A stretch of 64,000 bases of DNA from Deltaproteobacteria bacterium (GCA_003135855.1 PNBD01000044.1:10905-74904); one strand, 5' to 3'; shown: positions 18,763-28,945, counted from the stretch's first letter. Numbers and translations are program-made. Notes: generated from the sequence alone by a model not told the origin.

Positions 18763-20100
18763 ATGAACTTTGCCAAAATTAGATCACGCAGTAACTGGCT
18801 CATGTTGACGGCCGGAGGCTGTCTTGCGCTCGCCTCGCCCGCAAGCGCCGAAACTCACGCCGCATCGAAGATCGATGGTGCCGACACCGCCTGGCTGCTG
18901 CTCTCGGCTGCTCTCGTGCTGATGATGACGATCCCCGGGCTCGCGCTTTTCTACGGCGGGTTGGTGCGGCGCAAGAACGTGCTCTCGACCCTGATCCAGA
19001 GCTTCATCCTGGTCGCGATCGTGTCGATTCAATGGGTGCTGTTCGGCTACAGCCTGGCGTTCTCGCCGGGCAATGCGATCGTCGGCAGTCTCTCTTGGGT
19101 CGGATTGATGGGCGTCAGCGCCACGACGCCGTATGCGGATTATTCCGCCACGGTGCCGCATCAGGCGCACATGATCTATCAATGCATGTTCGCCGTGATC
19201 ACGCCGGCGTTAATCACCGGCGCAATCGCGGAGCGGATGTCATTCAAGGGGTTTCTCGTCTTCAGCATTCTGTGGATCACGTTCATTTACGATCCGCTTG
19301 CGCACTGGGTATGGGGCGTTGACGGATGGATTCGTCAGCTCGGCGTGCTCGATTTCGCGGGCGGCACCGTCGTGCATATTTCGTCGGGAGTCGCGGCGCT
19401 GGCGGGTGCTTTGACGATCGGTCCGCGCCGAGGTTACCCGCATGTGCCGATGCGACCGCACAATCTGACGATGGCGCTTACCGGCGCCGCGCTGCTGTGG
19501 GTCGGGTGGTTCGGGTTCAACGCCGGCAGTTCATTGGCGGCCAACGGCCTTGCAGTTTCGGCGTTTGTCGCAACGCACCTGGGGGCCTCGTCAGCCACCC
19601 TCTCATGGCTGGCGATAGAATGGTGGACCAGTGGACGACCCACCCTGCTTGGCGCGGCGAGCGGCGCAGTCGCCGGCCTTGTCGCAATCACGCCAGCGTC
19701 AGGATTCGTCGGGCCGATGGCGTCACTCGTTATTGGCGGCGCCGCGGGGATTCTATGTTTCTCGGCGGTGCGAATGAAACAGCGCTTCGGCTATGACGAC
19801 GCGCTCGATGTTGTCGGCGTTCACGGGGTCGGCGGCATCTGGGGCGCGCTCGCGACCGGACTATTTGCCAGCACCCTGGTCAACTCAGCCGGCGCCAACG
19901 GCCTCTTTTTCGGCAATCCGCGCTTGCTGATGATGCAGGCGATTGCGGTCGTAGCGACCATGGCGTTTTCCTTCATCGGGACCATGGTGTTGCTGAAAGT
20001 CACCGATGCGCTGGTGGGAATCCGGGTGTTCGATGAAGACGAGGAGATCGGTCTCGACCTAAGTCAGCACGAAGAAAGCGGATACGCCTTCGAGGGGTAG
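18763..20100 (+). CDS. amtB: Ammonium transporter
   Basis: PGLALFYGG, FAVITPALI.GA, DFAGGTVVH, LLWVGWFGFN.GS, DD.LDV.GVHG, EEIGLD..QH.E.GY. Confidence 0.96.
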   Translation: MNFAKIRSRSNWLMLTAGGCLALASPASAETHAASKIDGADTAWLLLSAALVLMMTIPGLALFYGGLVRRKNVLSTLIQSFILVAIVSIQWVLFGYSLAFSPGNAIVGSLSWVGLMGVSATTPYADYSATVPHQAHMIYQCMFAVITPALITGAIAERMSFKGFLVFSILWITFIYDPLAHWVWGVDGWIRQLGVLDFAGGTVVHISSGVAALAGALTIGPRRGYPHVPMRPHNLTMALTGAALLWVGWFGFNAGSSLAANGLAVSAFVATHLGASSATLSWLAIEWWTSGRPTLLGAASGAVAGLVAITPASGFVGPMASLVIGGAAGILCFSAVRMKQRFGYDDALDVVGVHGVGGIWGALATGLFASTLVNSAGANGLFFGNPRLLMMQAIAVVATMAFSFIGTMVLLKVTDALVGIRVFDEDEEIGLDLSQHEESGYAFEG

Positions 20101-20123
20101 ATTTGTTCGCAACGGCGAAGCCG

Positions 20124-20369
20124 CTAGCGCTGCATCGCCTGGAAAATAAAAGGAGTTGCCTCGGCCATGACTTCGCCGACGACCTCGCCGAGTGGCTTGC
20201 TCGGCATCGCGAGCTTTTCCGTCAGCGAGGTCATGATCCTCAAGTAGTGCTGCTTCATTTCGGCGCTGATGGTCTCGAGCCTGACTTGTTCCATCACCTC
20301 GATGAATCGGCGATGCATTTCGACAATTTCGAGATCGGTCGGATCGGTAAACTTCTTGCCGCGCGCCAT
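20124..20369 (-). CDS. Hypothetical small helical protein (81 aa)
   Basis: Clean ATG ORF filling the gap between amtB and AsmA; natural amphipathic, Met-rich composition. Confidence 0.65.
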   Translation of the reverse strand: MARGKKFTDPTDLEIVEMHRRFIEVMEQVRLETISAEMKQHYLRIMTSLTEKLAMPSKPLGEVVGEVMAEATPFIFQAMQR

Positions 20370-20548
20370 TGATGCACCCTGGCTGTTGGATTCGTCGATT
20401 GGTCATCGCCAGAATATCAGAGCGGTCCGCTTTTGCCGATGACGACTGGCAGCGTATCGCCGCGGCCGCACCTGCAAGTTGCGACCAGGCGGGCGAATTG
20501 ATAACGCCTCTCTGAGCGGAGGAAGCCACCATACCCGTGCCGGCAACG

Positions 20549-22927
20549 ATGCGCAGAATCCTCGTCTGGTCGAGCGTCGCTCTGAGCGTCGTCTTCGCGA
20601 TCGCCGGCGCACTCATTACGTATGCGTTCTTCAATCTCAGTTCGATCGTCAATTCGAACCAGCATCGCATTCTCAATCGAGTCAGTGCGGCGCTCGGACG
20701 CGCGATCGTGGTCCAGAAAATACAAGCGCGTGCCGGTTGGGGTGTTTATGCAGAATTGACCGGTCTGACGATCGCTGACGATCCGGCTTTCTCAAAACGC
20801 CCGTTCCTTGCCGCCGACGAAGTATCAGCGAGGCTCGAGTTCATTCCGCTTCTCGGAGGCGAGGTCAAAGTCAAGCGTATCGAATTTATCAAACCGGACA
20901 TCCGGGTGTTGATGAACGCGCAGGGCGCTCTCAATCTCGATTCGCTCGGCGGACCGCCTGAGACCCCGGCCACTCAAAATGAAAAACACCACGGAGGAAA
21001 ACGATCGGCGCTGGCTGACTTGTCAATCGGTTCGTTCAGCGTCGAAGATGGCGCGATTTATTACACCGATCTCTCGCAACAAGCCACGCCCATCGAGTTC
21101 AATCACATTGAGCTGGAGCTCGCCAATGTCAGCGCCACTGCTCCATTCGATGTCGACCTGAAGGCTTCGGTTCTGGGTGAGGAGCACAACGCCCAGGCTT
21201 CCGGCAAAGTCGGCCCGCTGCTCAAAGACGGCGTACTCGACCTGTCCGCGCTCCCGCTTGATCTCAAGTTCGGCTGTGATTCAATCAAGCTCGATCGCGT
21301 TCGTTCACTCGCCGACGTCGGCTCCGCCATACCGAAGCAGCTCTCGATCTCCGATCCGTTTTCGGTGAGTGGCATCATCAAGGGAACGTGGGCGGAAATG
21401 CCGTTCACGGTCGGCACCGACCTGACCGCGCATCGGCTGGTATATGCGGGCGCGCTCGACAAGCTGGCAGGGGCTCGGCTCGAGATAAATCTCAGCGGAA
21501 CTTTCACCGACCAACTCAATGTTTCGAAAATGAACGCCAAGCTGGCCGACCTCGAACTGGCTGCGAAGAACATTTCGATCGGAGGTAAACGTCCGCCGAG
21601 CGCGCAAATCGATACCAACAGTTTCAGCCTCGCGAGCCTGGCCGCGATCGTGCCACCGATGACGAGTTATGGGCTCTCCGGCACCGGCGAGCTCCATGGA
21701 AATGTGAAACTCATCAATGGCGAGCCCGACCTCGATGGAACCGTGACGCTGAATAATGTTGCGGCGAAGCCTGGGGCATCGTGGCCGGCTATTTCCGAGT
21801 TGAGTGGCGCGTTCCGCTTTCAGCCCGGCAATGAGATCACCGAGAAGGCAACTTTCGTGATTGGCTCGTCGAAAGCGTCACTCGAAGCGCACGTCGCGTC
21901 ATCAAATCCGTTGAATGTCAGCTATACGTTACAGGCGGACGCGCTGAAACTGGCAGATCTGTACCCCGATCGGCCGGCCGGCGAAATAGTCAATCAAATA
22001 GTCATTAGCGGTACCGCCGACGGTGCGCTGAACTCGCCGCGGCTCAACGCCCGGATCAAATCGCCCGAAGGACAACTGGCAAACATCGGCTACCTGAATC
22101 TCGACGCAACCGTTGCGTATAAGGACGGCCGACTCGATGCGATCCCGCTCAAGATGAATCTGCTGGACGGTTCGATCTCCGCGCAGATTGACGCGAGTCT
22201 CGGCGCAGAGCCGCACTTCACCGTCGCGATCGCGATGAACAATCTGAATGTCGAACAAGGATTGCGTTCGCAAAGCATCGGAGCTGCCGACACGGTTCGC
22301 GGATTTCTGAGCGGCAACGTGGCGGCTTCGGGCGCCGGTTCATCGTGGGATCGCATCAAGCCGACACTGCGCGGCAGCGGACGACTCGCGCTCGCGAACG
22401 GAAAGTTGGTGGGGGTGAATATTGTCGCCGACGCGATCAACGCCGTCGCCGCTGCGCCCGGTGTTAGCCAGATCGTCAAGGTCGCGTTTTCGCCGAGCCA
22501 TCACGGTTTGCTGGTCGATCCGGATACCGAACTCAACAGTGCGAGCATGAGTTTCCAACTGGTTGGAACGCGGTTTACGACTCACGATTTGAGGGCAACC
22601 TCGCCGGACTACGGAATCAGGGGCGACGGATGGTTCGACATGGACAAGAACCTGGCGATGGAGGCGGACATCACGCTGTCGTTCGGCGTGCAAATCGCGA
22701 TACCGGTGTCGGTCTCTGGAAAACTGCCCGGCGTCCACGTTTTGCCGGACCTCCCGATGCTCGCGGAGCGCGTGGCGGTGGGCACGATCACCGCGCCCGG
22801 TCGCATCATCCAGAGTGGCGTGAGTGCGGTCGGCACGCTGATTCGCGGCGGCTCGTCCACTGGTTCAAGATCGAATTCTTCTTCGCTGCCCAATCCATTG
22901 AACACCGTCAAGGGTTGGTTTCAGTGA
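20549..22927 (+). CDS. AsmA family (bridge-like lipid transport) protein
   Basis: N-terminal anchor, ALGRAI...I.DDPAFS..PFL.A, beta-rich body, C-terminal G.G.L.L.NG.L.G.N motif. Confidence 0.85.
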   Translation: MRRILVWSSVALSVVFAIAGALITYAFFNLSSIVNSNQHRILNRVSAALGRAIVVQKIQARAGWGVYAELTGLTIADDPAFSKRPFLAADEVSARLEFIPLLGGEVKVKRIEFIKPDIRVLMNAQGALNLDSLGGPPETPATQNEKHHGGKRSALADLSIGSFSVEDGAIYYTDLSQQATPIEFNHIELELANVSATAPFDVDLKASVLGEEHNAQASGKVGPLLKDGVLDLSALPLDLKFGCDSIKLDRVRSLADVGSAIPKQLSISDPFSVSGIIKGTWAEMPFTVGTDLTAHRLVYAGALDKLAGARLEINLSGTFTDQLNVSKMNAKLADLELAAKNISIGGKRPPSAQIDTNSFSLASLAAIVPPMTSYGLSGTGELHGNVKLINGEPDLDGTVTLNNVAAKPGASWPAISELSGAFRFQPGNEITEKATFVIGSSKASLEAHVASSNPLNVSYTLQADALKLADLYPDRPAGEIVNQIVISGTADGALNSPRLNARIKSPEGQLANIGYLNLDATVAYKDGRLDAIPLKMNLLDGSISAQIDASLGAEPHFTVAIAMNNLNVEQGLRSQSIGAADTVRGFLSGNVAASGAGSSWDRIKPTLRGSGRLALANGKLVGVNIVADAINAVAAAPGVSQIVKVAFSPSHHGLLVDPDTELNSASMSFQLVGTRFTTHDLRATSPDYGIRGDGWFDMDKNLAMEADITLSFGVQIAIPVSVSGKLPGVHVLPDLPMLAERVAVGTITAPGRIIQSGVSAVGTLIRGGSSTGSRSNSSSLPNPLNTVKGWFQ

Positions 22928-22931
22928 TCGC

Positions 22932-23468
22932 GTGGCTCCGCTGCGCGATATCCTGACGATCAAGCCGCGAATATTGTTCGTTGGAATCAATCCGAGTCTT
23001 CGCTCCGAGCAGGTCGGCCACCATTTCGCGAGCCCCGGAAATCCGTTCTGGCGTCTGCTCTACACGGCGCGTCTGATTCCCGAGGAACTCACATGCGACG
23101 ACGACGCGAGGCTGACCGAGTATGGCTTGGCGCTGACTAATCTATGCGCTCGCGCGACGCGATCGGCCGCCGAGCTGACCACGGACGAGATGAATCGCGG
23201 CAAGCGCACGCTCGAAAGAAAGATCCGAAAAGCTAATCCGCAGGTCGTCGCGTTCGTCGGGATTTCTATCTTCCGGCGATTTTTCGGTGTCGCCGCGGGC
23301 GACGGCGCGGGCCTCAAGCGCGAAACGATCGATAGCGCGCGCGTTTTCGTATTGCCGAATCCGAGCGGGCTGAATGCAAGCTTTCCTGGCTTCAAGGACA
23401 AACTCGTCTGGTTCAACCAGCTCCGCGAATTCGTCGAATCTGAATTTCCGGACTCAAATTCGAATTGA
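22932..23468 (+). CDS. mug: G/U mismatch-specific DNA glycosylase
   Basis: LFVGINPS, GHHFA.PGNPFW, LTN, VLPNPSGLN. Confidence 0.9.
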   Translation: MAPLRDILTIKPRILFVGINPSLRSEQVGHHFASPGNPFWRLLYTARLIPEELTCDDDARLTEYGLALTNLCARATRSAAELTTDEMNRGKRTLERKIRKANPQVVAFVGISIFRRFFGVAAGDGAGLKRETIDSARVFVLPNPSGLNASFPGFKDKLVWFNQLREFVESEFPDSNSN

Positions 23469-23548
23469 GCATTCTGAGCGTTGAACTATGTGCGGCGTGA
23501 AACTACCATCGGCGATCGATTCGTAAACTCCTTGCAGAGGCAGGAACG

Positions 23549-23710
23549 ATGAAGCGTCTCAGCGCACGGTCAAAAGCAAAGGCTGGACGAACCGGCAGTA
23601 AGCCGAAAATTCATGCTGCTAACGGACGAGGCGGTCGCCGCAAGAAAATCGCATTGCTGGTCGGGACGCGCAAGGGCGCGTTCATTTACTACGGCGACTC
23701 GGAGCGGCGA
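23549..23710 (+). pseudogene. 5' remnant of a BNR/WD40-like beta-propeller (sialidase-like) gene
   Basis: RBS and start intact; LLVGTRKGAF is the typical first strand of this family, which usually precedes MoaD/ThiS genes; similarity ends at about DSERR. Confidence 0.6.
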
Positions 23711-23720
23711 CCCTTTCCTG

Positions 23721-23981
23721 ATGCGAGGGACTATACCCAGTCCGCTTCGCTCATATACTCAGGGGCGAAGCGAAGTTGCTACTTCCGCCACGAGCTTTGC
23801 GGAGCTACTGACTAATCTCGATGCGGCCTTTCCCGGCATCCGTTTCCGCATGATCGACGAACAGGATCGCATCCGCCGTCACATCCGGTTTTTCGTGAAT
23901 CGGGAACAGGTGACGGATCTGTCGCAGGCGCTCACCGACGATGACGAAGTGCAAATCCTCTGCGCGCTCAGCGGCGGCTGA
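23721..23981 (+). CDS. MoaD/ThiS family ubiquitin-like sulfur carrier
   Basis: IPSPLRSYT, LDAAFPG, IRFFVN, C-terminal ALSGG. Confidence 0.88.
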   Translation: MRGTIPSPLRSYTQGRSEVATSATSFAELLTNLDAAFPGIRFRMIDEQDRIRRHIRFFVNREQVTDLSQALTDDDEVQILCALSGG

Positions 23982-23997
23982 TTTTCACTCGGCCGAC

Positions 23998-24786
23998 TTA
24001 CTCCTGTTTCACCAGCAATCCGCGCCGGCGCGCCGCTTCAAAGATCCAGCGGAAACCGCCGATCGCCAGCACGAAGTACACCGCGTTCAGCCCGGCGCCC
24101 CACCAGAAATGAAACCACGAAAATCCCTGGCCGGCGAGCACGCTGCGCATCCCTTCGAACGAATGCGCCGTCGGGAGCATCCATGCTACTCCGCGCAGCA
24201 CCCTCGGCAGTGCGGCGATCGGATAGAACACGCACGAGACTGGCTGCAGCAATCCCGCGAAACTCCACGCGAGCCCCTGAATCTTGGTCGTGTAACGAAA
24301 GATAAGTCCGGTGATCATCACGCCGAGCGAGAGCGCGAAAAACACCAGGTTCGCCATGTACGGCATGAACTTCGGCAACATCGGAAAGATGTCGAACGAG
24401 TACGCGGCCATCGCGATCAACGATGCGGCGACCAGTCCGACCATTGCCTTGAGAAAGTTCACCAGGATTAGCCCGGTCAGGTATTCCCACACCGTGAGCG
24501 GCGTCGAGAAAAGATTGATCAGGTTGCGCGACCACAACTCATCGAGAAAGCCGACCGCCATGTCGCGCTGAAACGAAAAAAATAATCCCCACAGGATTGC
24601 CGCGCCGAGCAGGAAGCTGACCAAACCCGGTTGCAGGCGATTCCCGCGCGCCAGATAGATCGTGAAAAAGCCCCACACGATGATGTCGAGCACGGGCCAG
24701 TAAACCATGTCCGCGATGCGATCCATGTTGCGGCGCGCCTCGTAGTAATGGCGTTCGATCACGGCGACTATGCGATACGTTTTCAT
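23998..24786 (-). CDS. ABC-2 type exporter permease
   Basis: Six hydrophobic segments; NLINLFSTPL, SCVFYPIAALP...LPTAHSFEGMR. Confidence 0.88.
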   Translation of the reverse strand: MKTYRIVAVIERHYYEARRNMDRIADMVYWPVLDIIVWGFFTIYLARGNRLQPGLVSFLLGAAILWGLFFSFQRDMAVGFLDELWSRNLINLFSTPLTVWEYLTGLILVNFLKAMVGLVAASLIAMAAYSFDIFPMLPKFMPYMANLVFFALSLGVMITGLIFRYTTKIQGLAWSFAGLLQPVSCVFYPIAALPRVLRGVAWMLPTAHSFEGMRSVLAGQGFSWFHFWWGAGLNAVYFVLAIGGFRWIFEAARRRGLLVKQE

Positions 24787-25523
24787 GCGGCTTTGCCTTT
24801 GACGACGCGCATGAAGACTTCTTCCAGCGCCGGCGTCTCGCGTTCCTCTTCAAGGATCGCTTGCGTGATTTCGATCGGGCTGCCACTCGCGATCACCTTC
24901 CCGTGATGGAGAAAAATGATGCGGTTACACATCCGCTCGACCTCGTCCATGTTGTGCGAGGTGTAGAGGATAGTGGTGCCGTGTTCGCGCTGCGCCTCGA
25001 GCAAAATGTTTTTCACCTGCCATGCGATCTCCGGGTCGAGATAGGCAGTCGGCTCGTCGAGCAGGAGCAGGCGCGGATTGTTCATGAACGCCTTGCACAG
25101 ACCGACCCGAGTGTTTTCACCCGACGACAATCGCGCAATCGGCTTCTTGCAGAGCCCTGTGATTCCAAACAGCTCGAGCAATTCGTCGATTCGTTCGCGC
25201 GGATTGGGAATCGCGTACAGCCGCGCAAAGATCTTCAGGTTCTCCATCACGGTCAGCCGGTACGGAAATGCCACGTACGGCGACGTGAAATTCATCTGCT
25301 GGAGAATTTCCTCACGATCGGTCGCGATCGATTTGCCGAAAATCTCGATTCGGCCCGAGGTCGGCGTGATCAAGCCGAGAATCATGTGGATCGTCGTAGT
25401 CTTGCCCGCGCCGTTAGGACCAAGCAGGCCGACGATTTCGCCGGCCTCGATGTGGAACGAGACCTTCTCGACGGCGGTAAAGTCGCGAAATGTCTTGGTC
25501 AGATTTTCCACTTGTACGAGCAT
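24783..25523 (-). CDS. ABC exporter ATP-binding subunit
   Basis: Walker A GPNGAGKTT, signature LSSGE, Walker B LLLLDEPT, H-loop TSHNM. Confidence 0.95.
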   Translation of the reverse strand: MLVQVENLTKTFRDFTAVEKVSFHIEAGEIVGLLGPNGAGKTTTIHMILGLITPTSGRIEIFGKSIATDREEILQQMNFTSPYVAFPYRLTVMENLKIFARLYAIPNPRERIDELLELFGITGLCKKPIARLSSGENTRVGLCKAFMNNPRLLLLDEPTAYLDPEIAWQVKNILLEAQREHGTTILYTSHNMDEVERMCNRIIFLHHGKVIASGSPIEITQAILEEERETPALEEVFMRVVKGKAA

Positions 25524-25561
25524 CGGCTTGCCTGCCTTCGACGTTTGACGTCGTTTGATCG

Positions 25562-25600
25562 AAAAAAAACGGCCACAGATGACTTACTCACCCGTGGCCG
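25562..25600 (-). terminator. Strong intrinsic terminator 38 nt upstream of the ABC ATPase start
   Basis: CGGCCACGGGUGA-GUAAG-UCAUCUGUGGCCG 13-bp stem followed by 8 U. Confidence 0.8.
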
Positions 25601-25725
25601 CCTGAACGCGTTTGTTGATCTGTCAGCTAGTCAATCTACGTTCGAGCACACTCCCACGGGACGATCGCCCCGGTTCTTTTCTGGATTGTTCAACATCTTG
25701 GGAGTGCCTTCTTAACGTCGAAGCC
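25562..25725 (-). ncRNA. Candidate structured leader/attenuator or sRNA
   Basis: Lies between two same-strand terminators; extended -10 TGcTAGATT near 25729-25737; nested stems; 21-codon uORF at 25696-25631. Confidence 0.5.
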
Positions 25726-25797
25726 GAGAATCTAGCACAGCGGCGCGCAGCAGGCCACACCGGATGAGTTCGCTGAACTCGTCAACAAGCTTTCGAG

Positions 25798-25834
25798 AAA
25801 AACAGAAAAGGCCGAACGGCGAACCGTCCGGCCC
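25798..25834 (-). terminator. Intrinsic terminator of the amidohydrolase gene
   Basis: GGCCGGACGG-UUCG-CCGUUCGGCC followed by UUUUCUGUUUUU. Confidence 0.75.
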
Positions 25835-25863
25835 TGGTGATTCAGGCAAATGGTGCAGTCGTA

Positions 25864-27588
25864 TCAGGCGCTGGCGGTCGGTGCCGGCTGAGGACCGCGA
25901 ATCAGCTTACCCGGCATCGCCTCGGTCGGCTTGCCGTCTTGGAACGTAACCTCGCCGCTTACCACCGTGTACTTGTAGCCGTCGGCGCGCTGGATCAATC
26001 GGCGCCCGCCCGCCGGCAGATCGAACACCATCTGCGGCGGATGCAGCTTCAGGCCCGCGAGATCGATCACATTCACGTCGGCTTTCATGCCGGGCGCGAG
26101 CACTCCTCGATCGTGCAGTCCGTAGAACTTCGCGGTGTCGCTGGTCTGGCGCTTCACCACAAACTCGATCGGCAGACGCTCGCCGCGGCTGCGATCGCGC
26201 ACCCAGTGCGTCAGCAAATAGGTCGGCATGCTGCAGTCGCAGATGAGTCCGCAATGCGCACCGCCGTCACTGAGGCCGAGCGCCGTGATCGGATCGAGCA
26301 GCATCTCGCGCAGCGCGTCGAAGTTGTAGTCCGAGTAATTCGCGAACGGAGCGTACAGAAGTTCGCGGCCGTTGCGCTGCAGCATCATCTCGTAGGTAAG
26401 CTCCTGCGAAGTTTTGCCTTCACGCTGCGCGCGCGCCGCGATGCTGTCCTCGCGCTTGGGCTCGTAGTTCGGCGGATCGCCGAGCGCGAAATATTTGTCG
26501 AAGTTCGTCACGAAATAAGTCGTCATCCGATCCTTGACGCCGGGTTGATCGGCAAGGATTCGCGCGCGCGTTTCCGGCTCGCGCATCTTCGCAACGCGCT
26601 CGTCGATCGGCATATGCGCAATCTCCTTATAAGCCGGATGCGTGATGAATGGATGCAGCGAACTCTCGAGGCCCATCAGCATCCCGGTCGGACGCCCGGG
26701 AATTTGCGGCACCAGGTGCGCGCCTTCCGCATTGTATTTCCGCACGCGATCGAGCACTCGCCGAAATGCCGTTGGATCGTTATCGGTCTGCGCCATCGCG
26801 AACGTGATCGGCAGACCGGTTTCAGTCGAGAGCTTAATCATCCATTCCATCGTCGCGTCGGCGCCCACCATGTCCGACGCCATCTCGAACACGCCGTGAC
26901 CCACGTCGCCCATCGCGCGCCCGATTCCAAGCAACTCCGCCTCGCTGGCGAAGGTGCCCGGCACCAGTTCCTTGTTCTTGGCGCGATGCAGCATCGTGCG
27001 CGAGGTCGTGAATCCGAGCGCCCCGGCCTTCAGCGCATCGCGCACCAGCGCCGCCATCTTTGCGATGTCATCCGGCGTCGCTTCCTCGTTGTGCGCTCCG
27101 CGATCGCCCATGACGTAGGTCCTGAGCGACCCGTGCGGCATCTGTGCGCCGACGTCCAGCACGCGCTTCATCTTCTCGATCGCGTCCATGTACTCGGGGA
27201 ACGATTCCCAATTCCACTTGATTCCTTCCGACAGCGCGGTGCCCGGAATGTCCTCGACGCCTTCCATCAAGCCGATCAGGAATTCCTCCTGGCCGCGCTG
27301 GACGGGCGCGAAGCCGACGCCGCAGTTGCCCATGACGAGCGTCGTCACGCCGTGCCAGCTAGACGGACTCAAGTATGGATCCCACGTGACCTGACCGTCG
27401 TAGTGCGTGTGTATGTCGACCCAGCCGGGTGCGACTACCAGTCCGGTTGCGTCGATTTCGCGCCGTGCCGCGCCGGCTTTGCCGCCGGCACTTGTGATGA
27501 CGCCGTCATCGATCGCGATATCGCCGGTAAACGCGGGCGCGCCGGTGCCGTCAACGATTTTGCCGTTTCGAATTACCAGATCATGCAT
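25864..27588 (-). CDS. N-acyl-D-amino-acid deacylase family amidohydrolase
   Basis: [48 protein letters not shown]. Confidence 0.92.
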   Translation of the reverse strand: MHDLVIRNGKIVDGTGAPAFTGDIAIDDGVITSAGGKAGAARREIDATGLVVAPGWVDIHTHYDGQVTWDPYLSPSSWHGVTTLVMGNCGVGFAPVQRGQEEFLIGLMEGVEDIPGTALSEGIKWNWESFPEYMDAIEKMKRVLDVGAQMPHGSLRTYVMGDRGAHNEEATPDDIAKMAALVRDALKAGALGFTTSRTMLHRAKNKELVPGTFASEAELLGIGRAMGDVGHGVFEMASDMVGADATMEWMIKLSTETGLPITFAMAQTDNDPTAFRRVLDRVRKYNAEGAHLVPQIPGRPTGMLMGLESSLHPFITHPAYKEIAHMPIDERVAKMREPETRARILADQPGVKDRMTTYFVTNFDKYFALGDPPNYEPKREDSIAARAQREGKTSQELTYEMMLQRNGRELLYAPFANYSDYNFDALREMLLDPITALGLSDGGAHCGLICDCSMPTYLLTHWVRDRSRGERLPIEFVVKRQTSDTAKFYGLHDRGVLAPGMKADVNVIDLAGLKLHPPQMVFDLPAGGRRLIQRADGYKYTVVSGEVTFQDGKPTEAMPGKLIRGPQPAPTASA

Positions 27589-27706
27589 CGCTGCGTGCTC
27601 CTCTCGTTCTACTCGCTTGGTCGATACGATGGATTCAATACCGCTATGCGAAAGGGCAGCCCGATTGCCGGACTGCCCTTCGCTTCATTCTTCTAACGAA
27701 AACAAA

Positions 27707-28789
27707 TCAGGCCGCTTCCGCCTTTATGCCGTTGAGCTTCTTCAGCTCGGGCATAACTTCCTTGGCGAACAGACGCAGGCTCTTCTCCGCGTCATCGTAC
27801 GGCATTCCCGCATAGCTGAAGACGCCGGTGTAGTGGTCGGCGCCGACCTTTTGACGGATGTCGTCGATCTTGCTGAAGCACATCTCGGGCGTGCCCCAAA
27901 CCTGGAGGTTCAGGAAGTACTCGATCGACGCGTCGGTGTTGCCGCCGAGGCTCTTCGCCATCTGCTCGTAGTACTCGTAGCCCTTGGCCTTGCCGAAATG
28001 TTCGCTCGCCATCTCGTAGTGACGCAGCGCAGTATTCCAGTAGCCGCCGATGTACTTCACCGCCATCTCGCGCGCGCGATCGGCGCTCTTGTCGCAGAAG
28101 GTCCAGCCCGCCGCGATCGTCGGCAGCGGCTCTCCGCCGTTCACTTGCTTGTAGATAGTGCGATACTCGCCCAGTTCCTGCGCGACTGCTTCCCACGGCT
28201 TCTGCGGAATTATCAGGATGCCGATGCCCAGCTTCGCCATGATCCGCGCCGACTCGGGCGAGACGGCCGCGGCGTAAGTGCGTCCCTTGAACGACTTGAA
28301 CGGCTTGGGCCGGATGTCGCGGCGCGGCTGCTTGATGTACTTGCCGTCGTATTCGCAGTAGCCCTTCTCGAGTCCCTCGATCAGCATCTCGGCTGATTCG
28401 ATAAAGCGCTCGCGCGATTCGCCGAGCGGTACGCGGAAGCCCTCGAACTCGATCCGCGCAAGCCCGCGCCCGAGGCCCAGGATCATGCGCCCGTTCGACA
28501 TGTGATCGACCACCGACACCTGCTCCGCGACGCGCATCGGGTCATGCCACGGCATCACGACCACCATCGATCCAAGCTGAATCGTCTTGGTGCGTCCCGC
28601 GTAATAGGTCAGGAACTGCAGCACGTCGGGGCACATCGTGTAGTCGTCGAAATGATGCTCGACGCTCCAGATCGAATCGAATCCGAGCGGCTCGTACATA
28701 TCGCCGATACGCAGCTCGCGTTGATAAACTTCGACGTCTGAACGTTCATTCATTGGGTTTTGAAAAATTACAGCGCCACCGACTTTCAT
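27707..28789 (-). CDS. LLM-class flavin-dependent oxidoreductase
   Basis: GFDSIWSVEHHF, P.RVAEQ...DHMSNGR..LGLGRG, GTPE. Confidence 0.92.
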   Translation of the reverse strand: MKVGGAVIFQNPMNERSDVEVYQRELRIGDMYEPLGFDSIWSVEHHFDDYTMCPDVLQFLTYYAGRTKTIQLGSMVVVMPWHDPMRVAEQVSVVDHMSNGRMILGLGRGLARIEFEGFRVPLGESRERFIESAEMLIEGLEKGYCEYDGKYIKQPRRDIRPKPFKSFKGRTYAAAVSPESARIMAKLGIGILIIPQKPWEAVAQELGEYRTIYKQVNGGEPLPTIAAGWTFCDKSADRAREMAVKYIGGYWNTALRHYEMASEHFGKAKGYEYYEQMAKSLGGNTDASIEYFLNLQVWGTPEMCFSKIDDIRQKVGADHYTGVFSYAGMPYDDAEKSLRLFAKEVMPELKKLNGIKAEAA

Positions 28790-28945
28790 CTATAAGGCCT
28801 CCGTGAGCCTGGAACTACGGTCGTCCATGTGGACGTACCAGTGTTGGCTTGAATAACATCACATACCAATCGTTCAATAATAAAGCAAAGCGCGGATTGT
28901 CGCCACGAACCGCGTGACTGCCGCGGGTTCGAGTAAGGGGTCGTT

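Noticed and set aside
25562-25725. Possible 6S RNA or c-di-GMP riboswitch identity for the structured leader
   Set aside because: No long rod with a central bubble and no GGCAAA/GAAA...GCAAAG-type c-di-GMP-I motifs; kept as an unknown RNA instead
25837-27696. 619-aa plus-strand ORF and other long antisense ORFs (e.g. 11358-12665, 13717-15045, 29422-30507, 61742-63007)
   Set aside because: Shadow ORFs opposite well-supported genes, expected from GC-rich codon bias; no recognisable motifs
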